The position numbers and the translations under genes were made by a program. Source: Octopus vulgaris (lineage: Eukaryota). From it: a stretch of 64,000 nt of DNA. The notes beneath the pieces were generated by a model, which saw only the letters and a list, made by a program, of their open reading frames with translations, searched no databases and was not told where the DNA came from. The stretch lies in the NCBI GenBank assembly GCA_951406725.2, contig OX597819.1, positions 81,778,001 to 81,842,000 on the forward strand, read 5' to 3'. This document shows positions 12,671-24,650 of this stretch, one piece after another. The stretch's first letter is position 1, and each line of letters opens with the position of its first letter.

Positions 12671-13224
12671 GAGTGAGAGAGCAGTTCATGCCATCAACGT
12701 GACACTGGGGTAAAATATACGAAGCCCAATATACCCATCGTGACTACCCGTCTGATAAGGGCACACCAGGCACATGCATCACAACCATATGTGCGCGACA
12801 TGGTGATCTCATATCAAGATAAACAGCACATGACCTTGCAGGTGGGGCCCAGTTAGAATTTTCTTCAGGTTGAGTAGCCCATCCCGCTCAAACGGTCCCT
12901 GAATAAGGGTTGTTTAAGGATGTTGAAAGAACCACCCATGTTTCCAGAGGTGAATTATTCAAACCCCAAAGAATCCCTCTCAACACATGGCTATGATGCT
13001 CCCCCACTACTTCTGCTCGTGATCAGAGATGCACATATCGTCAGCCACTAAGGGACATGCTCAACTGGTTAAGGTCAAACAACTGACAAGCAAATCTGTG
13101 GTATTGAGCAGAATATTTGTTGTAGCCCATCTTTTATACCAAGACAAAACAATGTACATGATAACACTTCCAATCAGTCAAGATCAGAAGCCATGAGAGC
13201 CATTGCCTGGTACTGCATCAGGGC

Positions 13225-13226
<2 letters not shown>
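12671..13226 (-). mobile_element. ~550-bp non-coding element inserted in a (TAA)n tract
   Basis: (TAT)n on both flanks; homologous end-to-end to 18327-18861 in the opposite orientation. Confidence 0.75.
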
Positions 13227-13268
<42 letters not shown>

Positions 13269-13340
13269 TCACTGCCTGGAATCGAACTCGGAATCTTGAG
13301 TTAGTAGCCTGCGCTCTTAACTACTACGCCATATGCCCTC

Positions 13341-13381
13341 GCTCTTAACCCCAAGATTCCGAGTTCAATTCCAGGCAGAGA

Positions 13382-13432
<51 letters not shown>

Positions 13433-13580
13433 CAACATTAAAAAATACCTTAGGAATGAGAACCCAGGTTCGAAATTTCCCCAAGACACCTGATGAAGGC
13501 TGGAGGATATATCAGCCGAAACGTTGTGTTAACAACAAAGATGAGGACAAATATTCGTCAAATGTATATAATGTAAATAA
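13341..13580 (+). mobile_element. 5'-truncated inverted second copy of the tRNA-head/hammerhead retroposon
   Basis: Starts mid-head (taaccccaagattccgagttcaattccaggcag), then (TAA)n, then a body that is the reverse complement of ~12510-12650. Confidence 0.75.
13485..13530 (+). ncRNA. Minimal type I hammerhead ribozyme motif
   Basis: GACAC(13485-89) CTGATGA(13490-96) A GGCTG..CAGCC GAAACGTT(13518-25) GTGTT(13526-30). Confidence 0.75.
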
Positions 13581-13852
13581 AACGTAAACCAAACACGGAA
13601 GGTCACCAACTCTTCAGTTATCGGCCATCGGGTTAAACGCAATTTTGGACCTTTAACGATAATATTGACTCTCTTCTTGTGGCGCCAGCAACAAGAAGCT
13701 GTTGGGAAATGGGACCAAAATATAACAACGAGAACGAACAAGCAATAAATGGACAAACATGCAACACAGAAGTAGAGATTCGGACATGAATAAATGTGAA
13801 TCAAAATGAGACCATTAGTGGACGGACGAGGGACAAAGACGAAATATATTTT

Positions 13853-13996
13853 TTATTGCCCACAAGGGGGACAGACGAACGGATTAAGTCGATTACATCG
13901 ATCCCAGTGCATAACTGGTACTTAATTTATCGACCCCGAAAGAATGAAAGGCAAAGTCGACCTCGGCGGAATTTGGACTCACAACGTAACGGCAGA
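13853..13996 (-). mobile_element. SINE family B (Meta/Sauria-domain-like) fragment
   Basis: Shares ccgaggtcgactttgcctttcat..tttcggggtcgataaattaagtaccag with many copies in the window. Confidence 0.75.
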
Positions 13997-14275
13997 TTAC
14001 AGCCTTAGAGACGAAAGTATGGATAACGCTGATAGAAAAATTCTAAGGGATTAGAACAGAAGAACAACAGAGAGCAAAACAGGTTGACGTGGGCGACTAC
14101 AGAAAATACGACCGGTTCCTTCAGCGGTCGGCGTGAAAAAGAAAGGAGAAAAGGGAAAAAGAATAACCGTATGTCACGTGTCAGTATCCATCTTTTGTTT
14201 TACCCTTAGCTGTTGTATTTCTAGTCCTACAACATGATTATTTATTTACATAACATTTCTGGAATTTAAGTCCGT

Positions 14276-14395
14276 GCTTACAGCCATATCACGTTGAAAG
14301 CCCCGGTTCTCGTCCGATCACCGAAGTTAAGCAACATCGAGCCAAGTTAGTACTTAGATGGGTGACCACTTGGGAAACCTAGGTGCTGTAAGCAT
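14276..14395 (+). rRNA. 5S: 5S rRNA full-length copy, probably a retro-pseudogene or chimera
   Basis: GCTTACAGCCATATCACGTTGAAAGCCCCGGTTCTCGTCCGATCACCGAAGTTAAGC...GTTAGTACTTAGATGGGTGACC...GGTGCTGTAAGC. Helix I pairs perfectly and A/C boxes are present. Solitary, with no oligo-T terminator. Confidence 0.85.
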
Positions 14396-14404
14396 TCATA
14401 AAAA

Positions 14405-14470
14405 TGGCGGTGCCCCAGTATGTCCACAGCTCGTGAGCTGAAACTAGGTGAATTAAAATAAAAAAATATA
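14405..14470 (+). mobile_element. Retroposon 3' tail fused to the 5S copy
   Basis: ggcggtgccccagtatgtccacagctcgtgagctgaaactag + A-rich tail; same tail free-standing at ~25602-25660. Confidence 0.7.
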
Positions 14471-14759
14471 AATATTATATTCCATCAATAAGTATTTTGA
14501 ACTTAGTAAATACTCCAGCAAGCTTCGATGTGAACTGCATGAATAAACAACTAAGATTTAAAATTTGAAAGAGAGATAAGGAGATAACGATAGAGATAAC
14601 AATAGAGAGATGTGGATAGCTGGATGAATAGATATAAAAAAAATATTCAAGTGCACCACTGACAAGATTTGAGCCACGTATTTATTGTTTATACCCATAA
14701 TGCGTAATATATTTTCAGTAGTTGAATTAAGATGCCGACGCTCACCTCTTATTACCTAT

Positions 14760-14981
14760 TTCATTATTACCCACAAGGGGCTAAACATAGAGGGAACAAA
14801 CAAGGACAGACATAGGTATTAAGTCGATTACATCGACCCCAGTGCGTAACTGGTACTTAATTTATCGACCCCGAAAGGATGAAAGGCAAAGTCAACCTCG
14901 GCGGAATTTGAACTCAGAACGTAATGGCAGACGAAATACGGCTACGCATTTCGCCCGACGTGCTAACGCTTCTGCCAGCTT
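14760..14981 (-). mobile_element. SINE family B, near full length
   Basis: Head agctggcagaagcgttagcacg...gttctgagttcaaattccgccgagg. Other copies: ~18063-18210, 19605-19745, 20148-20345, 47343-47490, 48725-49720 (cluster), 52100-52310, 55197-55690, 59380-59610. Confidence 0.8.
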
Positions 14982-15575
14982 GGCTCAGACTATGGGAAGT
15001 GCTTATACACTGCTGGTCACAAAACAATTCCAATCATATCTTGATTGAGCTCCGCTTTCCCATCTTAGCCCAAATCATTTAACTCTTGGATACCACTCGG
15101 CAGCTCCACGTTTCTACAAATGAACTTTGCGCTACGTCCTATGTAAATATAAAAATATAAATTTTTTTAGTTCAATTTTTGAGAATGAAAATCACTCTCA
15201 ATATGGAATAATGCCGACGTAAGACTTTTAATTGAAAAATATTTACAGTTCTTGAATAAGTCTGGATAAAACATTTGGTGTCAAGTACTGTGTTGTAACA
15301 TATTCCTTGAATATTAAATAACTATTGTTTTGGTGGAGATCAAACATTTGAATGACAGTTATTCCTTCCTTTATTCGCTTTTAGAAATGACTATAGATAT
15401 ATGTACACTTTCAAAAATACTAATTATAAGATTTTAAGATTCTCGTTTCTCCCCTCTGCGTAAGTGTTGACAAAGTTATCTCCCTTACACTTTGTTTTTC
15501 GTTCGCCAGCGCTTGTATACACACACACACACATACATACATACATACATACATACATACATACATACATACATA

Positions 15576-15834
15576 CTTTTATACTCGTTTCAGTCATTCT
15601 GACTGCGGCCATGCTTGAGCACCGCATTGAAGGGTCTTAGCCGAACAAATCGACCCCATGACTCAATTTTTAAAGCCTAATATTTACTCTATTGGTTTCT
15701 TTTGCAGAACAGCTAGGTTACGGAGACGTAAACACACCAACACCGGTTGTCTAGCGATGATGAGGGTACAAGTACAGACACAAAGACACACATACACATA
15801 GATATTATATATATATATATATATATATCTCTAC

Positions 15835-15896
<62 letters not shown>

Positions 15897-16765
15897 TTTG
15901 CACGACCCTTACTCTATGTTCTATTTTTACTCTCATTTTTCTTCCTTTTTCTCACCCCCTCTCATTTCTTGGACCTCACTTTAACTCCCACTATTTCCCA
16001 CTCGTTTATTTCCCCTGTACCCTTCTATTTGTCTCCGATTTTATTTCTAATCCTTCAATCCTGCTACCCCCTACCCATCTCTTCTCCTTCTATGTGACCG
16101 GTGTCCAGCCAGCCATGATCTTTCTTTCTTGGTCTGACTGCCAACCGCCAACACCTCTCATGTCCATCTCCTATGTTTCTGCCTTTAGGCTTTCACTTCA
16201 TACACGCCAGCTCAATTTGATTCGTTCCCAGTTGAAAGACTCCTGTTGTTATTTCTTGTTGTTTGTAGGTGTAATTGTGTAACATGTTCTCCGTTTTTTT
16301 TTGTTTTGCTTGTTTTTGTCTTTGTTGCCGTACATATTCGCTAGATTTCTTACAAAGGAGTCTAATGCTCTTAGCTTAGACTTTTTGTGGGGCAACCAGA
16401 TCGAACCATCTCAAGTATAACTGCCCGAAATGGTCGTGACTTCTGGAACTTGACTGACGAAAGGCACGAATGACCCGTCGTTTTTTGCCTGTCCTTGTAA
16501 TTTTTGTTTTTCTTGTCAGCCTTTGTATCGTCTATTTGTCCGAATGTTTAATTCCCTCTACTGCGTTTTTGTTCCATATATATATATATATATATATATA
16601 CGGGCTACGTTTTAGTTTCCGCCTACCCTACCAAATTTACTCACAAGGCTTTGGTCGGTCCGAGGCTATAGTAGAAGACACTTGCACAAGGTGCCACGCA
16701 GTGGGACTGAACCCAGAACCATATGGTTGGGAAGCAAATTTCTTACCGCATAGTCATGCCTGCGC
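15576..16765 (-). mobile_element. SINE family C (tRNA-derived, internal microsatellite) split by a ~680-bp unclassified insert in its (TA)n
   Basis: 3' half 15576-15800 (agcatggccgcagtcagaatgactgaaac); 5' half 16600-16765 (ggttcagtcccactgcgtggcaccttg); insert ~15895-16575. Confidence 0.7.
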
Positions 16766-16779
16766 CCATATACATACAT

Positions 16780-17400
16780 TCAAATACCAACCAAATAAAA
16801 GTGACTGAAGTGTTTGGTGCCCCAAGATGCATACGAAAATGCCGATTAAGTCACATTTCTGTGGAAGACATCACACATGTGCTTAGTTACTGTCCATAAC
16901 TGTCACTAAAGTAGTACCCCACAATGCGATATCCGAAGAAAAAGTAAAGAATAAAAAGACCGATAAATATAGAGAATCTTCCTATTATTGAACACATACG
17001 CCCACACTAATTCAAGAAATATTGGTGGAACATTTCTATCAAAACTTCTATCAAGTACAAACATAATAAGCTGGATATCGTTGTTTGGGATATTAGCAAG
17101 AGAAAGTAGCTACTCTCATTGAGATCAGCTGCTCTGCTGATATGAATATCTCTTTGATAATCAAAGAAAGAGACGGTAACTACGGACAACTGTTTTGAAG
17201 CCTTCAACTTTTATACCTAGGTCATAAGTTCACATTTATACCAATATTAAATGGTGCAGTTGGTTCTGTGAGTCAACATTAAATGACAATCTTGAGAAGC
17301 TGGGCTTTTCAGAAAAAGAAATCAATCAGTTAATATGCACATTACAAATATAATCAGTAAGCGGAATAGTAAAAATATGCAACACACTTTGAAAGTCCAA
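16780..17400 (+). mobile_element. R4/Dong/NeSL-type non-LTR retrotransposon 3' fragment (CCHC + restriction-like endonuclease)
   Basis: Hand translation: 'VEDITHVLSYCP', 'WWNISIKTSIKYKHNKLDIVVWD', 'LIEISCSADMNI...NYGQL', 'FIPILNGAVG'. Resembles the RLE motifs NKPDIV, E..C..D and IPIVIGALG; degraded. Confidence 0.65.
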
Positions 17401-17586
17401 CATATGACATTGTCTTTGTTATCTACATTCCAGAGATGGAACTTTGTATCATTGTTAGAAATCAGTTCCTTCTATACAAAGAGATTTCAATTAGCTAAAA
17501 ACAGAAGACAATATACATACGTATGGGTACATTCTTACACGTACATTCATGCACAAATCGGCAAACATGCACGCACGCGCGCACAT

Positions 17587-17650
<64 letters not shown>

Positions 17651-17909
17651 TCACAAACACATGCTCACACACATAATGTTCATCAGTGACTTGTTCATAA
17701 GTCAGAAATAAAAGCACATTCAATGTATGTAATAGAACGAATATATTTTTATATTGTCAGAAAAATACGTTACTGGTTAAGTTATACAACTCAGAATACC
17801 ATAGTTTCGATTCGAATATTATCTAGTGGCAATATTCGGCACGAAACCGACGGTAGCATAACCAACTGCCGGAAGAATATGTTACTGGATATAGCATATA
17901 ACTGGTCAG

Positions 17910-17958
<49 letters not shown>

Positions 17959-18326
17959 AAGACATTTTTAATCGGCCGATGTTACTGAGTGACTGAAGGA
18001 CCGACGTGCCAAATACATAAAACTCTCAGCCCTCGAGTCACTCACAAACTTCTGCCGGTTGATAATGGTTTCAAATTATGTCACAAGGGCAGCAGTTTTA
18101 GGGGAGGGAATGAGTCGATTACATCGATCCCAGTGTTAAATTTATACTTATTTTATCGACCCTGAAAGGATGAAAAGCAAAGTCAACCTCAGCGGAATTT
18201 GAACTCAGATCATATTAATGATAAAAACAACAGCAACAACAACAACAACAACAACGTGTGTGAGTGTGTTTGTGCGTGTGAGAATGTGGTGCCCGTATGT
18301 ATGTATGTATGTATGTATGTATGTTG

Positions 18327-18861
18327 TGTTCTGATGCAATACTAGGTAGTGGCTCTCATGGCTTTTGATCTTAACCGACTGGAAGTGTTATCATGTACAT
18401 TGTTTTGTCTTGGTATAACAGATAGGCTACGGTAAATATTCTGCTCAATACCACAGATTTGCTTGTCAGTTGCTTGATCTTGGTGGCTGACAATAAGTGC
18501 ATCTCTGACCACGAACAGGAGTAGTGGTGGAGCATCGTAGCCATGCTTTGCGAGGAATTCTTTCGGATTTGAATAAATTACCTCTGGAAACATGGGTCTT
18601 TCGTTCATCATCCTTAAACAAACCTTATTCAGGAACCTTTTGAGTGGGATGGACTACTCATCTTGAAAAGAATTCTAACTAGGCCCCACCTGAAAGGTCA
18701 CGCTAGGTTTATCTTGATATAAGATCACAATATCGCGCACATACGGCTGTGATGCATGTGCTTGGTGTACTCCTCTGATACGGGTAGTCATGATGGGTAT
18801 ACTGGGCTTCGTATAATTGTACCCCAGTGTCACTTTGATGGCATGCGCTATTCTCTCACTC
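18327..18861 (+). mobile_element. Second copy of the ~540-bp element, followed by an (AAT)n tail
   Basis: tgttctgatgcaatactagg...ctctcactc(aat)n; colinear with the reverse complement of 12671-13226. Confidence 0.75.
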
Positions 18862-18876
18862 AATAATAATAATAAT

Positions 18877-18926
<50 letters not shown>

Positions 18927-19819
18927 AAATGTATATGTGTACATATATATACGACACACACACACACATACACGTGCGCGCACACACATACGCACACACG
19001 GTATTTAATTAATTATATAAGATATTGTGTAATAACCACATTCCTTTCTTAACCGACCAGACTAACATAACATGCTATTCTCGAAATTACAAGCTTTGCA
19101 TAATGTTCATCAAATACAGGTTAAGAAATCCTTAACTATCGGTTTCTAAGTTAGTAATGCACTATCTTTCCTTAATCATTTAAGTAAAGCTACTTAACAT
19201 GTTCCAGCGTATACAAATTGAAAAGTAGAAAGCAGGTCTTCAGAGAAATCAACTCATATTTCTTAAAGATAACACCATTTAGAAGCTTCACACATTCACA
19301 CGCGCGTATAGCAACAGGATGTCAAAGTAAGCACTCAAACAACACACATCAAAAATTTAACACGTAACCAAACAAAAGCCAAAGCTTAAAAAATTGGAGA
19401 AAAAAATGACTACACCAAAACAAATTAATATGTGACTACTGATGCGGATGCTTGCTGGTAAAAAAAAATCCTTTAGCCGGAAAAGTTGACAGATATTAGA
19501 CCAATAGACAGGCGTGTGCGTGCACCTTCCTCCCAGGGTTTGTCGACGAAAGTGGGGAAATAAAACTAAAAGAAATGAGCAAATGTTTATGCATCTTTAT
19601 TAGTACCGCCGAGGTCGACTTTGCCTTTCGTCGTTTCGGAGTCGTTAAAATAAGTAGCAGTCAAGTACTGGGGTTGAGGTAATCGACAAGCCCACTCTCT
19701 CTCGTAGAATTTCAGGCTCTATGTCTATAGTAGAAAGGACTATTAATAATCCGCAGAAATTGCTGAGTGATTCAATGGCCAAAATGCCAAACGCCCGATT
19801 AATAATAATAATAATAATG

Positions 19820-19853
<34 letters not shown>

Positions 19854-20029
19854 ATAATATCAAAATTAAAAGAAGAGTGCCATTGTTATCTAGTGAACGA
19901 TATTTCGACATCTCGTGTGTCTTCAACTGGTTCAAAAAATAATTTTGTCAATCTACTTCACTTTGGTTAATATATAAAGGATTGAGGTAACTCCTCCTGA
20001 AGATAATAATAATAATAATAATAATAATG

Positions 20030-20065
<36 letters not shown>

Positions 20066-20084
20066 TAATAATAATGATAATAAA

Positions 20085-20147
<63 letters not shown>

Positions 20148-20347
20148 CTTTTCTGCTATAGGTACAAGCCCTGAAATTTGGGGGAGGAGGACAGTCGATT
20201 ACCTCGACTCCAGTGTTTTACTGATACTTGATTTATCGACCCCGAAAAATGAAATACAAAGTCGACCTTGGCGAAATTTGAACTCAGAATGTAGCAACGG
20301 GCAAAATACCGCTAAGCACTAACGATTCTGCTGGCTCGTCGCCTTTC

Positions 20348-20390
<43 letters not shown>

Positions 20391-20476
20391 ATACATACAT
20401 ACATACATACATACATACATACATACATACATACATACATACATACATAGATACATACATACATACATACATATAC

Positions 20477-20679
20477 CGGAACGAAATTCTCCTGGTATTA
20501 AATATAAGTGAAGTGCAGTTGTCTCCCCTAGATCGGATCCAGTTACATTTAAAACAGGACAGCTTATAGTCGACAGCTCTTCCCCAGTCGGCAAACGGGA
20601 ATTCCATGTCTTTAACATAAATTTCCTTTGAAACAGGCATCGACTACACATCTCTTTGCGAGTTTAAGGAGGTCCCCGA
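20477..20679 (-). other. Weak exon candidate (203 bp)
   Basis: Acceptor cttgtttcAG and donor CG|GTATAT around unique, GC-richer sequence. All frames have a stop, so only UTR or start-exon use is possible. Confidence 0.25.
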
Positions 20680-22046
20680 CTGAAACAAGTTTTTCAGGAG
20701 CTTTGCTCTCTCTGATGTAGTTTTAATAAAATAGTTTATATAATTAGTTCTTTTGTATGTAGGGTCTTCCATACATTTTTAATCTTTTTATAAAAGTGAA
20801 AGGATTTTGTCTATTTACTTATTTCCACTGTCCACCAGCGACGGTGATTAAATTGACTAAGAACACTCTACGCGATGAATATCCAATACCAAACAATCTT
20901 AATCTCCATATTTCAACTACATTAAACAGTGGCATGCTTACCTTCATCTATTCTGAGTAACTCGAAAGGTGACTTTCCCTTCCTTCTCTTCTACTTATTG
21001 ATACCTTTGTTTACCTACCAATGCGTTGTTTCACTTTAAGGATGGTTATTTACCCATCCATTATGGTATTTCGACTGCTGTCCATTGTTTCAAATAGGTT
21101 TTAGCATTGTCGTTCCAGCCTTTTTTAAACAATCACATATGATTCGTCCCAAAGAATCAACATTTAAATAAGAGTTTTGCTTCCACTAGCGAAAGCTATA
21201 TGTATCTTTCAGAAAGCTCCATACCAATTTTACTTCATGCAGCATTCGCCGTTAGTTTATGCGCAGGCTATGTGGGAAGACAGAATAAAGGGACTTTTGT
21301 TAGCTTATCTCTCTGAAAAACTAGCTCCCTTTGTTGTTGCAAAAAATAAAGTCGCAGAGGGAAAGTTTCAACGTCTTCCTTTAATTTCATTACACTATTT
21401 ATGTAGCTGTTTCTGACAAGAAATTTCACTTTCATGTAAAACAACTGTATTTTGTAGTCATTATACGCAATCTACACCCAAAACATTTCAGTAGCATCAC
21501 TTGCAAATTTATGTTCTATGATCATCAAAGTGTAACGACCTCCACAATAACCAGCCTTCAATTTGATTTTCCGCTCCTATGTTAATCGGAAACATAGACA
21601 GCCATGCTATTCATAAACCTTCACGGTAGTTCAATTATTTAGTGAAAAAAATAATACTACTAAAGCAACTTAAACTGTCCAAAGGACGGGTGCGTTTGCT
21701 AGTTTCGAAACACGCTGGAGTTGAACTAGGGACGGCTGATGAAGGGGATTTTTCCTTGTGTAGTTGTCTTGTACTCTGTTTTTTCGTTGTTAAAGGAATA
21801 GTCCGTTCCATGCTGTTTTTACGTTTTCGTTTCTCGTTGAGTTCTACGTCTATTTGTGGTGTCCTGTACACACGTATATATATTTATATATGCATGTATA
21901 TATACATGTAGATGTAGGTACGTACATATATGTTTGTATGTATGCATATATTTTATTTATTACACTATTGTATGACTGAGCGCCTTCGCGCGTCGATTCG
22001 ATTCGATTCGTTTGGTTTGGTTTGGTTTCTTCTTCTTCTCTAAGCT

Positions 22047-22105
<59 letters not shown>

Positions 22106-22320
22106 ACTAGCGTAGCTAGAGTGTGTACCGACCGGGTCGGCCCTTCTGTTTGTCGCCTGCGGACCCCACATAAAGTACATATTGCTTACAGCAGACCCGA
22201 GGCACATACGCTAGTATGTATATATATTAGACTTAGACAAAAATGTTGTTAACAGTGAGTTCGAAGTTTCGGCCAACAAAGTCATCATCATGAAGATAAA
22301 TATTAAGAACTATATTTACA

Positions 22321-23679
22321 TGCTAGCTAGTGTACCCGGTAATTCCCGGAGGTAAAGATGTTCTATTGAAACACCTTATTACTGATATAAGGAAGCACTT
22401 TCGTTATTACTGCCACAAAACGTGTATTTTCCATCACGGAAAAGTACAAAAAACTGTCAGCTGGAGGAGGAAGAGATAGTTGGAGCTTGGCGACAGAGGT
22501 TTTCGGAGGTTGGCGAGAAAGATTGTCGGAGGTTGGTGAGAGAGGTTATATAAATATATAAATGAAGTGTTTGAAGAAAGTGCAATAAATAACGCTGGGC
22601 GCTCTCTGTAACTGCCTTTAGCTTACAGACTTCTTGTTTTTATTACTATCGAAAAGCAGCCAGAAGAATAGTCATATTGTTGAGAACAAATTATTTCGTT
22701 GGAGATCTGTTATCTCCATTTCAGCCAGTGGTGGCCTCAGAAAGGTTAGAAGGGTCAAGTGGCAAAGACATTATTCTGCTTAGCGAAGGTATCTGGGAAA
22801 TGTATAACTGCTGTTATTCACAGAAAGAAACTATTGTTTTACCGTGAGAAAAGCGCTGTTGAAGTGTTAAGTGAAGTTTGGCAATCGAAGATCGAATGCA
22901 CGCTATGCCTGCATGAAGCTACTACAAATACATTGTGGAATAAAAAATTAATCTACTGTCATAGAAAAAGTATAACTGCAAAAATGCAGAATTATCAGAG
23001 TAATGGGCATTCAAAAAAAGTATGTATGTATAGAAATGTATGAATGAAGTCTTTAAGGTTTAAGATTCAAATTAAGGAAGTGCAATGATAATGTTTAGCA
23101 GTTCAAAACTGTGAGTAGTGAAATGCAGAATTAGGTCGGCTGATCGTGAGAATCAAATATTGATTGCTTCGTTAAAAACTGCAGGTGGTATGTGTTATTT
23201 CTCTTGGGTTGTTTAAATAAAATATTAGTAATATGTAGTAGATATAAGGATCCATTGGAGGGGACCTATTATCGAATTTTTCAACAATCTAAGTATGTCA
23301 CGAGGTTTCCAGACATGAGTTCTACTCACGTGTCAAATAAAGTGATATTGTCTACAAAAATTTGAAATTGGACACACAAAAAACCCAATATTCAAAGTAA
23401 TCGAACATAAACAATGAAATGGGTTATTTCCCTTGAGTGTTTAAAAAAATATTGTGCAGGTGCTATGGTTATTTCCCTTAGTTATATGAGGTAGATATAA
23501 AGGTCCCTTCCAGGAGTCGTATTATCGAATTTTTCAATAATCTAAGTATGTCACGCGGTTTCCAGACACGAGTTCTACCCACATGTCAAGTTTCATCAAA
23601 ATCAATAAAACGATGTAGGAGGAGTTAGCTCACAACACCACAAACAAACACACACCGATTTTCCACATATGTAGTAGAT
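22321..23679 (+). mobile_element. Non-autonomous Helitron/Helentron-like (DINE/Lep1-type) element with internal duplication
   Basis: 5' ctag..tacccgg..cccgg; 3' aagtttcatcaaaatc...acaaacaaacacac...tagtagat. Duplicated block ~23195-23340 vs ~23468-23590. Similar 3' end on the minus strand at ~62925-63010. Confidence 0.55.
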
Positions 23680-23686
23680 GTAAATA

Positions 23687-24650
23687 CAGGGTGCGATGGG
23701 TAAATTGTCGCTATTTTATATTTTTTATTTCGCACTTGCACATTGTTTACTTTTGATGTTGTCGACTATACACTATAAAAGAGTCAGTTGGGCATCGTCT
23801 GTGAGAAAAGCAGCACTATATGGCGCAATTCACTCTGCCAGAAATTTGGAAATAACATGCAATACTGCTTGGCATTCGCGCCGGAGACTCCAATACGAAC
23901 ATTTCAGAGTGTTTGGGTGTCAATCTGAGGACAGTGCAGAGGATGCGGAAAGAGTTGGAAGAGCCTAATAGTGATTACGAAGGTGCGGCAACACGAAAAA
24001 CTTATTCTGATTGTTCTGATGAGAAAAGAATTTGTTAGTGAGATCCAACCCATGATTGACAGCGACCCCAACGAGTCAATCAGGTCCATAGCTAGGAACA
24101 TGGAAGTGTCTGAGTTTCTTATAAAGTAGGTAGTGTATGAAGACATTCGATATTCCTCATACAAGATGAGAAAGGGCCAAGTTTTATCCCAAGCCATCAA
24201 AGACAAGAGGAAAGACAGCGCTACAAAGCTTTTGAACGAAATCAAGCATCCCCTCCAACCGAACATGCTTTGGTTTTTCTTAGACGAGAAAAATTTCTGC
24301 CAGGATCAAATGGTGAACACACAACAACCGTTGGCTTGCCGTGTCCGCAAAACATATACCGAGATTTATAAAAATCAAACATCCAGTCAACATCATGGTA
24401 TTTGGAGTGATCACTATTGATGGCGACGTTATGCCGCCATTCATCTTCCCACACGGCCTCAAGTTCAACACGGAGGCCTACACCAAACGCTTGGAGAAAG
24501 TAGTGCTGCCCTGGGTCAAGAGAGTGGCTGCTGGAAGACCCTATATCTGGCAACAGGACTCTGTAAGAGAACCCAGTCGTGGCTGTCAGACAATTTCTCT
24601 GACAACATCACCCCTAACATGTCGTCACCTAACTCCCCAGACTGCAACAC
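23687..24650 (+). mobile_element. Tc1/mariner-superfamily (DD37D/maT-like) transposon, 3'-truncated pseudogene
   Basis: TA|CAGGGTG TIR start; 'WFFLDEKNF', 'IMVFGVITIDGDVMPPFIFPHGLK', 'YIWQQDS', 'PNSPDCN'. Confidence 0.75.

Larger units (their letters stand above)
12425..13338 (-). mobile_element. tRNA-headed, hammerhead-containing short retroposon (full-head copy, interrupted by a 12671-13226 insertion)
   Basis: Head 13338-13263 with A box TGGCGTAGTAG and B box GAGTTCGATTCC, then (TAA)n, then a body with a hammerhead core at 12601-12556. Confidence 0.75.

Noticed and set aside
13263-13338. Functional tRNA gene
   Set aside because: A/B boxes are present but acceptor and anticodon stems pair poorly and it runs into a repeat body; treated as a SINE head (same for 40950-41015).
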